From assembly GCF_009914755.1 (NCBI RefSeq), contig NC_060925.1: DNA of 64,000 nt. One strand, written 5' to 3'. Both the position numbers and the translations under genes were made by a program. The notes below the pieces were generated by a model. It saw only the letters and a list, made by a program, of their open reading frames with translations. It did not search any database and was not told the origin of the DNA. The DNA comes from the human T2T-CHM13v2.0 reference genome, Homo sapiens. This document shows, in pieces, positions 33,131 to 49,083 of this stretch. The first letter of the stretch is position 1, and each line of letters starts with the position of its first letter.

Positions 33131-33734
33131 AAAATCTCTGCCCAATGTTAATTCCACTTGCCTGTAGCCTGTTAACATTTGTTGCTTCTGTGTTAAGTCT
33201 GGGTGCATAGGAGTTTACAAGATGTGGAGTTTGGCTTCTGCAAATGATGAACAAGAAAGTCAATAATTTTAAGACAGTGAGAGTGCAATAGGATCACCCC
33301 GCAACCCCGCCGGACCACCAGGTCCAGATCTGTGCCATTATCACTCTGTGCTCTTTCATCTCTGACCTTCCTTTCTGGGAAACTATCAGTGACTCTTGGA
33401 GACAGATCTCTGATCACAGCCTCTGGATGGCACTTCTGCTGCTGGTCGTTAGATGAGCGGTGCCTCTACAATTATGTTGGTCACAAATGTTGATGCTACA
33501 GTGCTGGCTTCCCTGGGAGATTCCATCAGGATCCAGAGGACTAACACCAGCTTCCCTCCCGGATGCTGACTTTGCTCAGAGGAGTGAAGAGAAGGGCCGG
33601 GGAGGTCAGGAGGGGAGGCCCACTTGCTGGGGTTGGCCCTGTCTGTTCTACAATGGTTACCAGGCAACTCTGAGGTTACATTCAACTCTCTTGTGAAGGT
33701 GATTGCAGGCACGCACTTTGCTTTTATGTGACTT

Positions 33735-34018
33735 TTTTTCTGGTTTTTGTTTTCGTTTTTGAGACAGGGTCTCACTCTGTCATCCAGGCTGGAGTGCAGT
33801 GCTGCAATCAGAGCTCACTATAGCCTCAAACGCCTGGGCTCAGGGGATCCCCCGACCGTAGCTTCCCAAGCAGCTGGCACTGTAGGTATGTGCCACAATC
33901 CCCAGCTAGTTTTTTATTTTTGTTGCCCAGGCTGCTCTCGAACTCCCGGCTGGAATCAGTCCTCCCACCTCAGTCTCCCAAAGCACTAGGATTAAGGCAT
34001 GAGCCACTGTGCCCAGCC
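33735..34018 (-). mobile_element. AluJ-like element
   Basis: Diverged reverse Alu with an internal deletion. Confidence 0.88.
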
Positions 34019-35370
34019 ACTTTGATATAATTGTATCTCTAAATTAATGAATTGTGTTGAAAACTCTGTCTCTCCAGAAGACGGGTCAAATTTCAATCAA
34101 ACAAGAGAGGAGATGCTCCCAGAGGAACCAGTCTAAGGTGAGGTGTCTTGCAGGCACGGCACTGCACCCTCACTTAGCCCTCTGGTCGAGGCAATTGTCA
34201 TTTCTCTGCAGGCTGCTAGAACAGTACGTCCATGCACTGAGGAGAGAGAGTCTGCCAAGAGGAAGCCCGGGCCCGGGGCCACCCAGCTGACACCCTGGGT
34301 GTTGGAGCCCACCCAGCCTCACAACTCAGCCACTTAGACTCCTGCACAGGTCCTAGGATTCATTCTGATCCGAAGCAGGAGGATGTGACAGCCTTGACCC
34401 CAACTCTCTGGGACTCAACATGCAGCCCGTGGTATTTGCTGTCCAGCATTGGTCTGGTCCCTGATGTTGATAACCAAGCATCCAGCTTATCCCTAAGACT
34501 GAGCCTCCCTCCCTCAGTGTATGCTCTGGTTCTTACTGTCAGTCAGGCCCTGGATTTGTCCTTTTTCTGGTAACTGCTCAGCACCCCCCGTGCCTCCTAG
34601 ATTGGAGGCCCTGCCCAGCCTCCTTTGAGGAAGAAGAAGCATGTACAAACATTTACCAGGTGACTTCAGCATCCCAGCCACAATTCCAGACCCTGGGCCA
34701 CATCTTCTCCTTTTATATCCTCATGGCAGTTGTGCAAGGCTGAACTGGTCCCCAGCATACATGAAGAACATTGACGCTATTGAAGCTCAGAGATGATAAG
34801 GACATTTCCCAAGGTCATCTGGCTGGGGAGTGGAGGAGCAGGCATTGGAGGCCTGGTCAGTGTCACCTGAGAGCGTCACGTTACTACCGCTCCACTCGGG
34901 GCCTCCCCGGGACTGAAGCGCAGCTCCAAACTGCAGCCGAGTCTGGGCTCTCTCTCACCTGCCAGCCGCCTCACTAACGGCTGCTCCTCCTGGATTTGCC
35001 ACGGCTCTGTCTTCTCCCCTGTGTGGGGTCCCTCACTGTGGTCAACCTTGCATCCCACGTGGCCAACCGGCCTTGAGGAAGAAAGCAAACTCTGGGCCTG
35101 AAACCAACTTAGCCACTTAATAGCTTGCTCCGTGAGCCTGAACAAGTTTCTTAGTTTCTCTGCAAGTCGGTTTCCTCATTCGTGTAAAACCCACCCCGTA
35201 GAGTGGTTGTACAGATGTAAATCTGAATACCCTTTAAAATCCTGAATTTAAAAGCTTTTTTTCCAGCAACATAGTGAGACATCATCTCAAAATAAATAAA
35301 TAAATAAAAAAGTAAAACCTTCTTTCTCTGACCATGAGTCTGGACTTAATGTTTAAAACTCTTTGTTTTA

Positions 35371-35977
<607 letters not shown>

Positions 35978-36165
35978 TTAACGTAAAGTCTCCTCCCATT
36001 CTCTCTGTAAATTACAGCATTCAGAAGAAGTGGCAGCTGCTGTAATTAAGACACAGTTAATTGCCTATCTCCTTAATTGCAGTGATAGGATTTTGACAGT
36101 TTGGTAAATAAGAATTGTTTGGTTTCCTCTGGCAACTTCAGCCTCAGTCAGTTCTCTCCTGCAAG

Positions 36166-36176
36166 TGCTGAGTCAC
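36166..36176 (+). promoter_or_regulatory. Consensus NF-E2/CNC-sMaf (MARE/ARE) site
   Basis: TGCTGAGTCAC in non-repeat DNA. Motif match only; occupancy unknown. Confidence 0.45.
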
Positions 36177-36751
36177 CCAGTCTGGGGACAAAGGGCTGTG
36201 GTCCAACGGAGACAGGATGGGGCAGGAACTGCAGGTGAGAGGGGGGCAGTGTTTATGATTCACCTTAAGTCTCCTCTCTCTCTCTGCAAGAGCCTCCCCG
36301 CCATTGCCCATTCTGTCGCCCAGTAAGATCCTCCCAGAGTTTTCTCCCAGTTGAATCAGTCATCACATGAGCCTATGAGACAGGAAGAAACAGAAGCAGA
36401 ATGCCCGTATTGTGGGGCAATGATCTCCTGCTGCTGACGGGCACAGGAGGATGGGACGCTGTCAACTGAGGATACAGAAGCCCAGAGAGACTAAACGTAC
36501 CCAAAGTCAGGGAGCTTCGCTGTGCAAAGCCAGGATCCCAATTCAGGTCTTCTGACCCACAGCCTCAAGCACACTCCACAGAGGCAGGGATTTGGGGTCA
36601 CCCAGACCTGGGTTCAGAGCCTAACTTTGCCTTTACTGCCTGTGTAACTATGGGTCAGACACTCAGTGTTTCCAGGCCTCAGTTGCTTCCTTCGCAAGTT
36701 GGATTTTGTAGTACCCACCTCATAACACTGTGAGAACTTAAAAAAATAATC

Positions 36752-37144
<393 letters not shown>

Positions 37145-37747
37145 TCAATCTTGTTCCAAAACTTACATAAATAACTTTTTTTTACATTTCTTTATTTTCC
37201 ATAAACTTAATTTTGACTGTGGTCTACGTTCCGGCTTCCATTTCAGGTGTTTCTCTCCAGGATCTTGCTACTTATTGATGACACCGTATCAAGGCGCCAG
37301 AGTCCAAATGGTCATCATAAGAAAAACTGCACCTAACTTCCACAGCCTCCTAGGAGGCCCAGAGACATCACTGTACTTGCCTGCCATCCTATGTGGTGCT
37401 GGAAAAAAAAAAAAAAGAGGGGGCAAGAGAAATAAAACAAGTTTCCATAGTAAAACAGCACATAGCTCATCTTCTGCCGTGGTTACGATTAGCACTGAAA
37501 CGTGACTGTGAGCTCTGACTGTGTTGTGACAACCATGTTATCATCAATCTTTCTTCCCTGTGGCCACACAAGGCTCAGGAACTAGGATTTTAGTGACAGT
37601 GGCATCTGGCTCTTTCTCAGTACCCCTGTTTTTTGTTGTTGTTGTTTTTGTTTGTTTGTTTTTTACTATAACTCCTGCCTTTCCTAAGTATAAAGGGAAA
37701 GGAAATATTGGTATACAATATCTAACATTTTTTCAACAAGTGAATGA

Positions 37748-38154
<407 letters not shown>

Positions 38155-38159
38155 GGGAT

Positions 38160-38480
38160 GGGCTTCAACAGGATAGAAGCTCACTGCTCTTTCATCTAAA
38201 CCCAGTCCCGAGGAAAGGAGTCAGGAGCTGGTTTGGTGGCTCCACAAGCATCAGGGAACCAGCCTTCTTCAAATGTATTATTCCACCATCCTACATTCCC
38301 GGCTTCCATCACAGGGACCCAGGACTGCTTGTACCCCCGCATCCCGTCTGCATCTCCACCAAACAGGAAGGAGAAGACCATGCCTTTTAAAAATAGCACA
38401 GAGCACTCTCACCATTGCATTTCCTTGGCCAAAATTAGACACATAGCCACACTTAAATGTGACATACAAGGACCTGGCCA
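38160..38480 (-). mobile_element. Old MLT1 (J/K-like) LTR remnant
   Basis: ttggccaaaattagacacatagccacactta motif. Confidence 0.5.
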
Positions 38481-38995
38481 CCCAGCCTGCTGCCATTAAT
38501 GCATGTTTCACTGAACACTATAATCCTCACTCAAGCAGAGGCTGCTGGATGCCACCGTCCCAAAGTAGGTACCCCACATATGCTGCACGGTTCCAGTCAA
38601 CCCAGTGCTTACCTAACCAGCAAATCTAGATGTTGCCAGCCAACACAACATTGAGACACTGCGATTTTCTGACATGAGACCTACACAGTTCTCAGTCTTG
38701 GCTTTAAAAACCGACTGCATTTGGCCTCCCTTGAACCAAATCCCCCAGAACCTAGAATCTGTGCTAGATTGAGTTTCTTGCTCAAGGATATAACTTTCCC
38801 ACTCATTGCACCATCTGTACTCTCTTAGTCTTTCTATATTTTTTTCTTAAATAAATGAAAGGGAGGCTGAGGAATATAGTCTTTAGGTGAGTCACCCCTG
38901 AGTACAGCTAAAAAGTGAGGGCTCTATAAGGACGGAATAGATATGAGGGACAAATAGCAGTCTCTATCACACCCATAAATTGGTTGAAAAAAAAA

Positions 38996-39279
38996 CATGG
39001 TGGCTCACTCCTGTAATCACATCACTTTGGGAGGATCACTAGAGGCCAGCAGTTCAAGATCTGTCTGGGCAATGTGGCGAAATCTCATCTCTACAAAAAA
39101 TTTTTACAAATTAGCCAGTCACAGTGGTGCGCACCTGTTGTCCTAGCTACTCGGAAGGCTGACGTGGGAGGATTGCTTGAGCCCAGGAGTTCAAGGTTGC
39201 AGTGAGCCCTGATCACACCACTGCCCTCCAGCCTGGGTGACAGAGCGAGACCCTGCCTCTACCAAAAAAAAAAAAAAAA
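38996..39279 (+). mobile_element. AluJ-like element
   Basis: Alu body and tail. Confidence 0.9.
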
Positions 39280-39846
39280 GTAGAGTTTAAAGTCAAAATA
39301 ACCATAGCCCTGCTCCCTCCCCAGCAGGCTTCAGATGGATTCATGCAGTGATACTGTGGATTTGAAACACTCTTACCTAGATCCTAAGCAGTCAGATGAC
39401 CAAGTGACATCTGGGTATAAATGAATAGTGCCATGGACCTGTGCACTTGTCACCACACATTCAACACCAGCAGCCCACTTGGGCCTGAGCTAGCAAGTAG
39501 GACTGTGTCTCTTTAACCCCACAAACTTCAGGTCAGTAAAAAGAGCACTCGACTTGGAGTCAAGATCTCCAAGGTGAATCAGAGCTCAGCTGTCTAGTAA
39601 GTGACTGATTTTGTGTAGGTGCCAGAAACGGAAATAATAATAAGGCCAATGAACGCACGATGAGAAGTTATCATGGACCAGGCACTGTGCTAAGCTAATG
39701 TGCATTGATTCTTTATTCCCCGTAACAATCCTACAATCTAGATCATAATGATCTTACTGCCATTCTTCAAATGAGAAAATTAAGGCTCTGAAAGTAAGGA
39801 ATGACCAATGGAGCCAATAAAGTAGTAGCATGAGAATTTAAAATCA

Positions 39847-40158
<312 letters not shown>

Positions 40159-40719
40159 TTAAGGTGTAACTGGGCTGGCACACAGGTAGACAGTACATAG
40201 TGATCAGTGGTGTGGGAGAGGGCTTACAAGGTCAGGTGGGTAGGGGACACTCCCTAGATGAAGAATGAATAGAAATCAGCCAGGCAGACATGAGGAGCAA
40301 TGTGTCTACAGCCAGGAAGCAGCACGCGTGACAGCATGGCTGCATCAACTGCACAGTGGCTGCTGGGCCCCAGACATTGTGTTTGCTATCACGGGGAATG
40401 GAAGCGGAGGGTGGAAAAAGATAGTTCATTTTTCAGCGAGGAAAACATTCTGTAGAAAACCCCCAATGGATGTTTCCTTACATCTTGTTGGTTATGTTGG
40501 TTAGAACTAAGTCACAAAGGTGCTCTGAGCTGTGAGGAAGGACAGAGCCATGAGCATAGAACTAAGAGGATTGGGAACTGGATGTGGCAGTGTGCACTTG
40601 TAGTACTAGCTACTCAGGAGGTTGTACCTGGAGTAATAGCTACAGGAGGTTGGAGTGGGAAGATTACTTGAGCACTGGAGTTTGAGACCATCCTGGGCAA
40701 CATAGAGAGACCTTGTCTC

Positions 40720-40750
<31 letters not shown>

Positions 40751-40776
40751 ACCCCGAGACCAAAAAGTGAACAAAC

Positions 40777-40780
<4 letters not shown>

Positions 40781-40826
<46 letters not shown>
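40781..40826. repeat. (CA)n microsatellite following an Alu monomer (about 40580-40750)
   Basis: Direct reading. Confidence 0.95.
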
Positions 40827-40831
<5 letters not shown>

Positions 40832-41689
40832 GAATGGGATCTCCAAACTTGGCTGAGATCAACCATAATCATTCTCTTGGGCTGGGCCGACTGCAACCTG
40901 AACAAAATTGTGGTTGTGTTGGCCAGGAAGAAATGAGGGCTGCTCGGTGGAGAGGGGACCTACAGGCTCAGCTCACAGTCTTTCAAACAGGTCCAAACAA
41001 GAAGTGATAAGGAACAGAACTAGCAGATGAGTTGAGAACAGCATGGTGAGACTATCAGGAAGCAGAAGTGAAAGTACTTAGTGAGCTACCAGAAGTGAGG
41101 GCTGAGGGAGAAGGATTCTTAGGCGATTCCCAAATGTATGACTTGGGTGACTGAGATGTCGGTGATTTAATTAATTGGGGGCGGAGGGTGAGGACTGGGG
41201 AAGGCAGGCTAATGAGATGCACAAAATGATCTTATGACTTAGGAGACAATCTTTTGCTTGGGGGATCCTTCAGAGACTTTCCTGTCTCTTGATCTGTTGG
41301 GCAAATCAAATAAAGAAAGCAAGTAAAAGCCTTTTCGTATAAGCCTCATATAATGGTAAATGTCTTCATCTCTTAAATAGAAAGCAGCTGGGGTGGCTGC
41401 CTGATCTTATTTCCCCAGTGGCTGTGTCTATGTGACCTGACCCCAACAGACAGGGTGTCATGGAAGCCGCGTCATATCAATGGCAGTGCCCAAGGGACCA
41501 TGAACCCCTGCTTCTGGGATCCCAAGACCTGACCTGGTACTGCCTCCTTGAGGCATGGTGAGTCCCGTCCTTCCTTCAATTCTATAGTCCACTCCAATAA
41601 ACTGCCTTCCAAGAAGTTAATTTTTTTATCAAGTTAATAGTGATTATTTTTGTAACTTAAAACCAAAAGAACTCTATTTAAGTCCTTGA

Positions 41690-42280
41690 TAAGGTCTTTA
41701 AAGGTATACAGTATGCCACAAATTCCCACATGGGGTACTCATGCCAACAGTGTTTCCTTAGAATCTTATCATGAGCAAATGAGAAAAAAATTGACTGTGA
41801 GACATTCTACAACTGGCACACACTCTTTAAACCAAGTTATTATCATGAAAAGTAAACAAAAGAATGAGGGGAAATAGATTAGAAGAGGCCAGAGACATAA
41901 TAACCGAATAGAATGTGATTCGATCATGGGTCACTGAAAATAAGAGAGGAAGAAAAGATACATCTCGAAAAACATTTGTGGGTCATTTACAAAAATTCAA
42001 ATTTGGACTGTATATGTGATGGTATTATAAAATTAGTGTTACTTTTCTTAGATGAGACAGCCCACTGGGGTTAACAGAAAATGTTCCTATTCTTAGGAAA
42101 TGCATGCTGAAATATTTAGAATTAACTGTCATGATGTCTACTTTCAAATGGTTCGGAAAAAAATTATATAATGTGAAAATATTAAAAATTGGTGAAACTA
42201 GGTTGAAGGTACATGAACGCTTGTTGTATTCTTTCAACTTTTCTGTAAGTTTGAAATTTTCTCAATAAAATATTTGATTA
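41690..42280 (+). mobile_element. L1ME-type 3' end
   Basis: cttaggaaatgcatgctgaaatattta...ttggtgaaactagg...tcaacttttctgtaagtttgaaattttctcaataaaa. Confidence 0.75.
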
Positions 42281-42755
42281 TACAATTATAAATGGTCAAT
42301 TTACAATAAAAAAATCCAGGGGAAAGTGAAAAAAGGTCTGAGGAGAATATCCAATATGCAATTGTCCCAAAGGACAGTTTATGTCAATGAGTCAGAGTGT
42401 GACCTCCCAGTCTACATAGCTTTTTGAGGTTTATGGCTGTACTATATAATTATAACTAACATTTGCAAACAACAAAGTGCTGTCACAGACATTCTGCTTG
42501 TAATCCCGTTGGGAATGAGCCTCATGTGGTAGGTTTTATTGCCCTGTTTTATAGCCAAGGTGCAGAGCTGCACTTTTGGCCTATGATCGTCTCCACGTCT
42601 CCTAGAATTTCCTCACTCCCAGCTGGCCAGTACAGGAATGAGTACCTGGCAGGTTCTCCTTAAACACTATGTATTGTGTGTCTGATAAAGAGACATTTTT
42701 AAATTGTCATTGAGAATATTATGTCAGATAGTTCTGCAAAATGTGGCTTTTGTAA

Positions 42756-43068
<313 letters not shown>

Positions 43069-43379
43069 CAAAAAATTGTTTTTGAGACAGGGTCTCACTA
43101 TGTTGCCTAGTCTGGTCTCGAACTCCTGGCCTCAATCGATCCTCCTGCCACTTGGCCTCCTGAGTAGCTGGGACTACAGGTGCACGTGACCATGGGTCTA
43201 ATGGAATAATGGGATGGAATGGCTGACGGAATGCTCTTTAGCCACCATCTTCTTCATTCCCTCCCCTACCCTCAAAGCACATGGTGTACCTGCTCCAGTG
43301 TAAACATCGCAACATTTGACCGGAGACAGATGGAAAACGGCAGGGTTGCAGTTCTTTTGAAGGGGGAGGTCCTTTGGCC

Positions 43380-43810
43380 TTGAGTTGGTCTCTTACACAG
43401 GGTTTCCTGGGCTCCACACTCTGAGATGGAAATTTTCATGAAGCAGTCTGTTGGGAAGTGGTCTATCGGGGCGTGCTTGTGTAGCAACACGTGGAAGGGA
43501 GTGAAGAAAACAGGATTTGGCAAAGGGAGAAGCTGAACTATGAGTCACTTACTTCAGATGCGTCAGCCAATGCCACGGAAAGCTCTGAAACTAGAATGGA
43601 ACTCCAGAGATGTCCCAAATTCAAGCAAGAAGGCTGGACTTTTGTATCCCCGTGTTAATCAATCTTTGGACATGGGCTACCCCAGGAAGGGTGTGTAATC
43701 TTGGGTAATGCCAATTCTTGGCACATAAGTGAACTATGATCTAGGAGCAGGCAAAGCTTTCAGCTGGGGAATAGGACCTTGGTCCTCAAGAGGGCCTCCA
43801 GAAAGTGCAT
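43380..43810 (-). mobile_element. ERVL LTR remnant (LTR33/LTR41-like)
   Basis: gggtttcctggg...actctgagatggaaatt motif, similar to the 11425 element. Confidence 0.5.
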
Positions 43811-44555
43811 CGGGCTCTGCGGCAGGGGACTTCCCAGTCTGGGCCAGGACCCAGCCCAAGAGGACGGATTGCTTTTCTTTGTCATATCTCTTGTTCTCTT
43901 TTAATCTAGAAGAGTTTCTCAGCCTTCTGGTATCTTTTTTGACTTTATCATTTTTAAAGAGTCCAGGCCAGTTATGCTGTAGAATGTTTGAATTTGTCTA
44001 ATCTTTCCTTCTGACTGAAATTCAGATTATTTTTCTTTGACTCATCATTTCTTTCCTCTCTTAGTGGGTCAGGCACTTCCCCTGCGGGTCATGTTGCTGC
44101 TCCATCTAATTATCGTCTGGCGGCCAGCAGAGGAAATGGTAAATCCTGAAGCGGTGGTGAGACGACCCCTGCATTATCTTCAAGCCGTCAAGCCAGGGAG
44201 GAATAATAACCCCGGACAGAGAGGAATCTGAGTTTGCAAGCCGTCAAGTGCATTGACCTCTTTGTCCTCAACCAAATCTGAGGTCACCAATCCTTTCCAA
44301 ACTCAGCCATGATGTTGGCAGAGCAGATTTGCCAGGTTCTTCTCGGGGGCCCCACTACCCTTATATTTAAATCCTTAGTCTAATTCTCATCTTTTCCTGC
44401 CCCCCTGCTGCAGGAAATGAGAGCCCCTCTGTATGCTGCAAAGGGGGAGCCCTGCTTTCACACTTTGCCTAAATTAATGATGATGTTTACCGTCTTACTG
44501 CAAAGCATAGATTGTACTCATCAGGAACCAGCCAGTTTCATTACTCTCATAATGA

Positions 44556-44943
<388 letters not shown>

Positions 44944-45042
44944 TTAAGTGAAAGTTTTAACACTTGCTTCCCTACAGAATGCCAGGGGCTAGCCCTACTC
45001 CACCTCCCACCGGTAAGGAGGACTTTACTGATAGCCTGCTGG

Positions 45043-45462
45043 TGTGACCTGCACGTATATATCCAGATGGCCTGAAGTAACTGAAGAATCACAGAGGAAG
45101 TGAAATTTAAATGGCCTGTTCCTGCCTTAACTGATGACATTCCACTACAAAAGAAGTGAAAATGGCCGGTCCTTGCCTTAACCGATGACATTACCTTGTG
45201 AAATTCCTCCTCCTGGCTCATCCTGGCTCAAAAAGCTCCCCCACGGAGCACCTTGTCACCCCCACTCCTGCCCGCCAGAGAACAACCCCCCTTTGACTGT
45301 AATTTTCCTTTACCTACCCAAATCTTATAAAACGGCCTCACCCCTATCTCCCCTTTGCTGACTCTCTTTTCGGACTCAGACGGCCTGCACCCAGCTGATT
45401 AAAAAGCTTTATCGCTCACACAAAGCCTGTTTGGTTGTCTCTTCACACGAACGCGAGTGAAA
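45043..45462 (+). mobile_element. HERV-H solo LTR (LTR7 family), lacking the first ~40 bp
   Basis: tgtgacctgcacgta..atccagatggcc, repeated cctgccttaactgatgacatt blocks, TATAAAA 45326-45332, ATTAAA 45398-45403, end ctcttcacacg...tgaaa. Confidence 0.95.
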
Positions 45463-46094
45463 CTTTCTTCTTTGTACTTTCTGTTATATTGCCAGGTATG
45501 TCTTACGTAAAGAACATGGGGATTTTTTGTTCATTTTTTTTCCTCAGTGAAGAATACTGGTTATTACTCTTAAAACGCCTTTGACGTCAAATAGCTGGAT
45601 TCAAATCATAGATTCATTACGGCCTCGTTGTGTGACTGTTAGGCAAGTTCCGTAGCTTCTTCTCTTAGCCTTCATTTCAAATAGAAATACTTCATTTTCA
45701 AAAGAGAATCTCCTTCCATGGTGGTGGTGGAGATTCTAGATGGTGTGTGTCTAATAGCTAAAAAAACGTGTGGTGCTCACTCAACAAATCAAACCAATTT
45801 ATCCTTTCTCTTAGTGTGGTTCCAGTTTGTTGCTTCTGTCCTCATATATTTATTTAAGTTTTCCCTAGCTTATCTGCTTTCAACAAAATGCTGTCACCAA
45901 GACTCTGTCATTACATTATTTTATGCCTGTTCCATGTAGGTTAAGCTCCCAGCAGGAACCCAGCCTGGCCCCTGGTCTCTCCTGAGTGCCTTCTGGAATC
46001 TTATGGAAATATTTTACATTCTAACCTGCAAACTGTATATAAGTGAGAAGTGTCCCTGTTTCCAGGACAACCTACTGTAGATAATGCCAGTGTT

Positions 46095-46467
<373 letters not shown>

Positions 46468-46859
46468 TCAGGTTATGGCTTGCTTCTATATAGTGGTGCT
46501 GTTGTGATACTCCATGGATTGGTTTGCAGCATATTTTTAAATAATTAAAATTATCCTTTGATACCTGCAAAGGAGCAGGTTGGAGCCTGACCTAACCTTG
46601 GACAAGGCGGGGCTGGCCTCATCTGCCCCTCGTGCCAAACCATCCTTCCTCAATTCCAGCTTGCAAAGGGCAGGACTCCTCAGTGTGGCACCACCCAGAT
46701 TTTCACCTTACGTTGTCCTTGGGACAATCTTTACAGGAAAGCAAGCTCTAGTGATTAGATAGCCTGGTTATTTGCCTACATGATTTTCCTTTTCACAGTA
46801 ATTTTTGCCCCTTCTTTCATGTGCAGCTGGTCTCTCCCTAGAGACCAAAGGAGCACTCT

Positions 46860-46960
46860 TTTTCTAAGCCCAGGACCTGAAAGGCATTGCCTGGCAAAAC
46901 CTTGCAAGCCAGTGTGCGTCACAATACCCTTTGAATGATGTAAAGGAATCAGGCCCTGCC
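46860..46960 (+). promoter_or_regulatory. Putative SPMIP3 proximal promoter (X-box-like palindrome plus CRE-like site)
   Basis: TTGCCTGGCAA (RFX X-box-like core) at 46887-46897 and TGCGTCA (CRE variant) at 46915-46921, directly before the inferred exon 1. Confidence 0.4.
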
Positions 46961-47060
46961 ACTCTGCAGTTGATCCAGCAGCAGGAGGCAGCTGTACCCA
47001 TCACTGTCCTCAGAGTACTTTTAAGAACAAGGAGGTCTCTGCCCACGGCAGCCCAAGCAG
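46960..47060 (+). other. SPMIP3: Probable non-coding first exon (5'UTR) of SPMIP3/C1orf100; 5' end uncertain
   Basis: Unique, ATG-free stretch ending in the donor GCAG|GTAATA at 47060/61. It lies about 12 kb upstream of the coding exon, consistent with my recollection of the gene structure. Testis-type motifs lie immediately upstream. Confidence 0.55.
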
Positions 47061-47551
47061 GTAATAGCGGTTGGTTGTTACTGCCTGTACCTCTCTCTCG
47101 CCTCATTTAGAGGCTGCATTACTAAATGGTTGACTGCATTTCAAATATTTTAGAGACAGGAACTCACAACATAAAGAAACTTCATGGCAAGCCTTTTGGT
47201 AAAGCAAAAATGTCTTTTGGAAAGTGAATACTCATCTCTCTCAACTTTGAATTCTTGTCATAGTTTTAACTCAACGTGTCTTTTTTTTCTTAGAAACGGG
47301 TACACCTATATTAAATAAGATAATTGGTTCTCTGTAATACAAGAAGACCTAGGTTTTAAAAACTGTGAACTAGATTAACAGGTTACTGAGTTAGCTGATC
47401 GATTGATTTATTCACTCATTCTGAAGTATGCATCAAGCACTCCTTGGACAGCGAACACTTTGCAAGAGAATGAGTTAGGAGAAGGACAAAGAGAGTGAAG
47501 ATCGTGGCCACCAAACGAAGTGGTCCCCAACATCTAGGAGCTCACATTTTA

Positions 47552-47742
<191 letters not shown>

Positions 47743-48681
47743 CCCAGATGTCTCGTTGTTTGAAGAATTTCTAGAACATTATCCAAAGCCTGGTGGAGAG
47801 TTGTCACTAATTTTTCTTAAATAATAGAAAGAATAAATCAATTCAGAAACCAATAAACCAAAAAGGAAAGGACTCAGAACCAAAATGCGTAGGAGAATCT
47901 CCCAGGGGCTCTGGGAATTCACAGGAGGGAAATGGGCCATTTGAAACTCAGAAGAGAGGCCTCCTAGGGAACTTATGCAGGACCTGAACAAAGCCCTGAA
48001 GAATGGGCTTAATTTAGGCTAGAGAAGGAAAAAAGAAAGAGTATTCAGGCAGCAGAATTCATTACAGAACTGGTGAGAGTCAGGGGAGAAGGGAACCAAC
48101 CTTCCTGAACTGGGAAAACTGCCTGCCTGAGAAAACAGAAGCAACAGGGGACTATCAAAGTAACTCATTGCTGCGAGCCCTCTTCTAAACAGCCTCTCAT
48201 CGCACAGGCTCAGAGGCAGCTAGTACAGTCACCATGCTCCTAGCCAGGGTGAGTCATGTCAATCCCAAAGCACTTCCCCACCCACGCCTTCTCTGCATCC
48301 TCAGATCACTAGGGCACGACTTTCCCCAGAGGTTGAATTTCCTCTAATTTCATGAGCACAGATGCAACACTTACAAGGAAATGGGGCATTATAAAATGCA
48401 TCCAGAAAGTCAACGGATGCAACTTACTCACCAGCTCACATGCCATTTTCTGACTATTCTACAAGGTTCCATTGACTCACTGAATTTTCCAAATCTTACC
48501 AGATACATAACATCAGAGTCTTGGGACCCTGACTCTAATATCCTTCCTCTGCCCCTTCTCTGGACAGATTAATTAATAACTTGCTAGTTTTCATTTAATT
48601 GGGGCCCATAAGTTGATTAAATTTGCTAAGTAACTGTTACTGGTTTCACTTGGCATTGTACTGGGAGTACCCAAACTTTGA

Positions 48682-49083
<402 letters not shown>

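Noticed and set aside
37225-37420. Acceptor-like tract (ttctctccag|g at 37260) followed by an A-run, suggesting a lncRNA exon or retrocopy
   Set aside because: No partner donor, polyA signal, TSD or homology that I can support from sequence alone.
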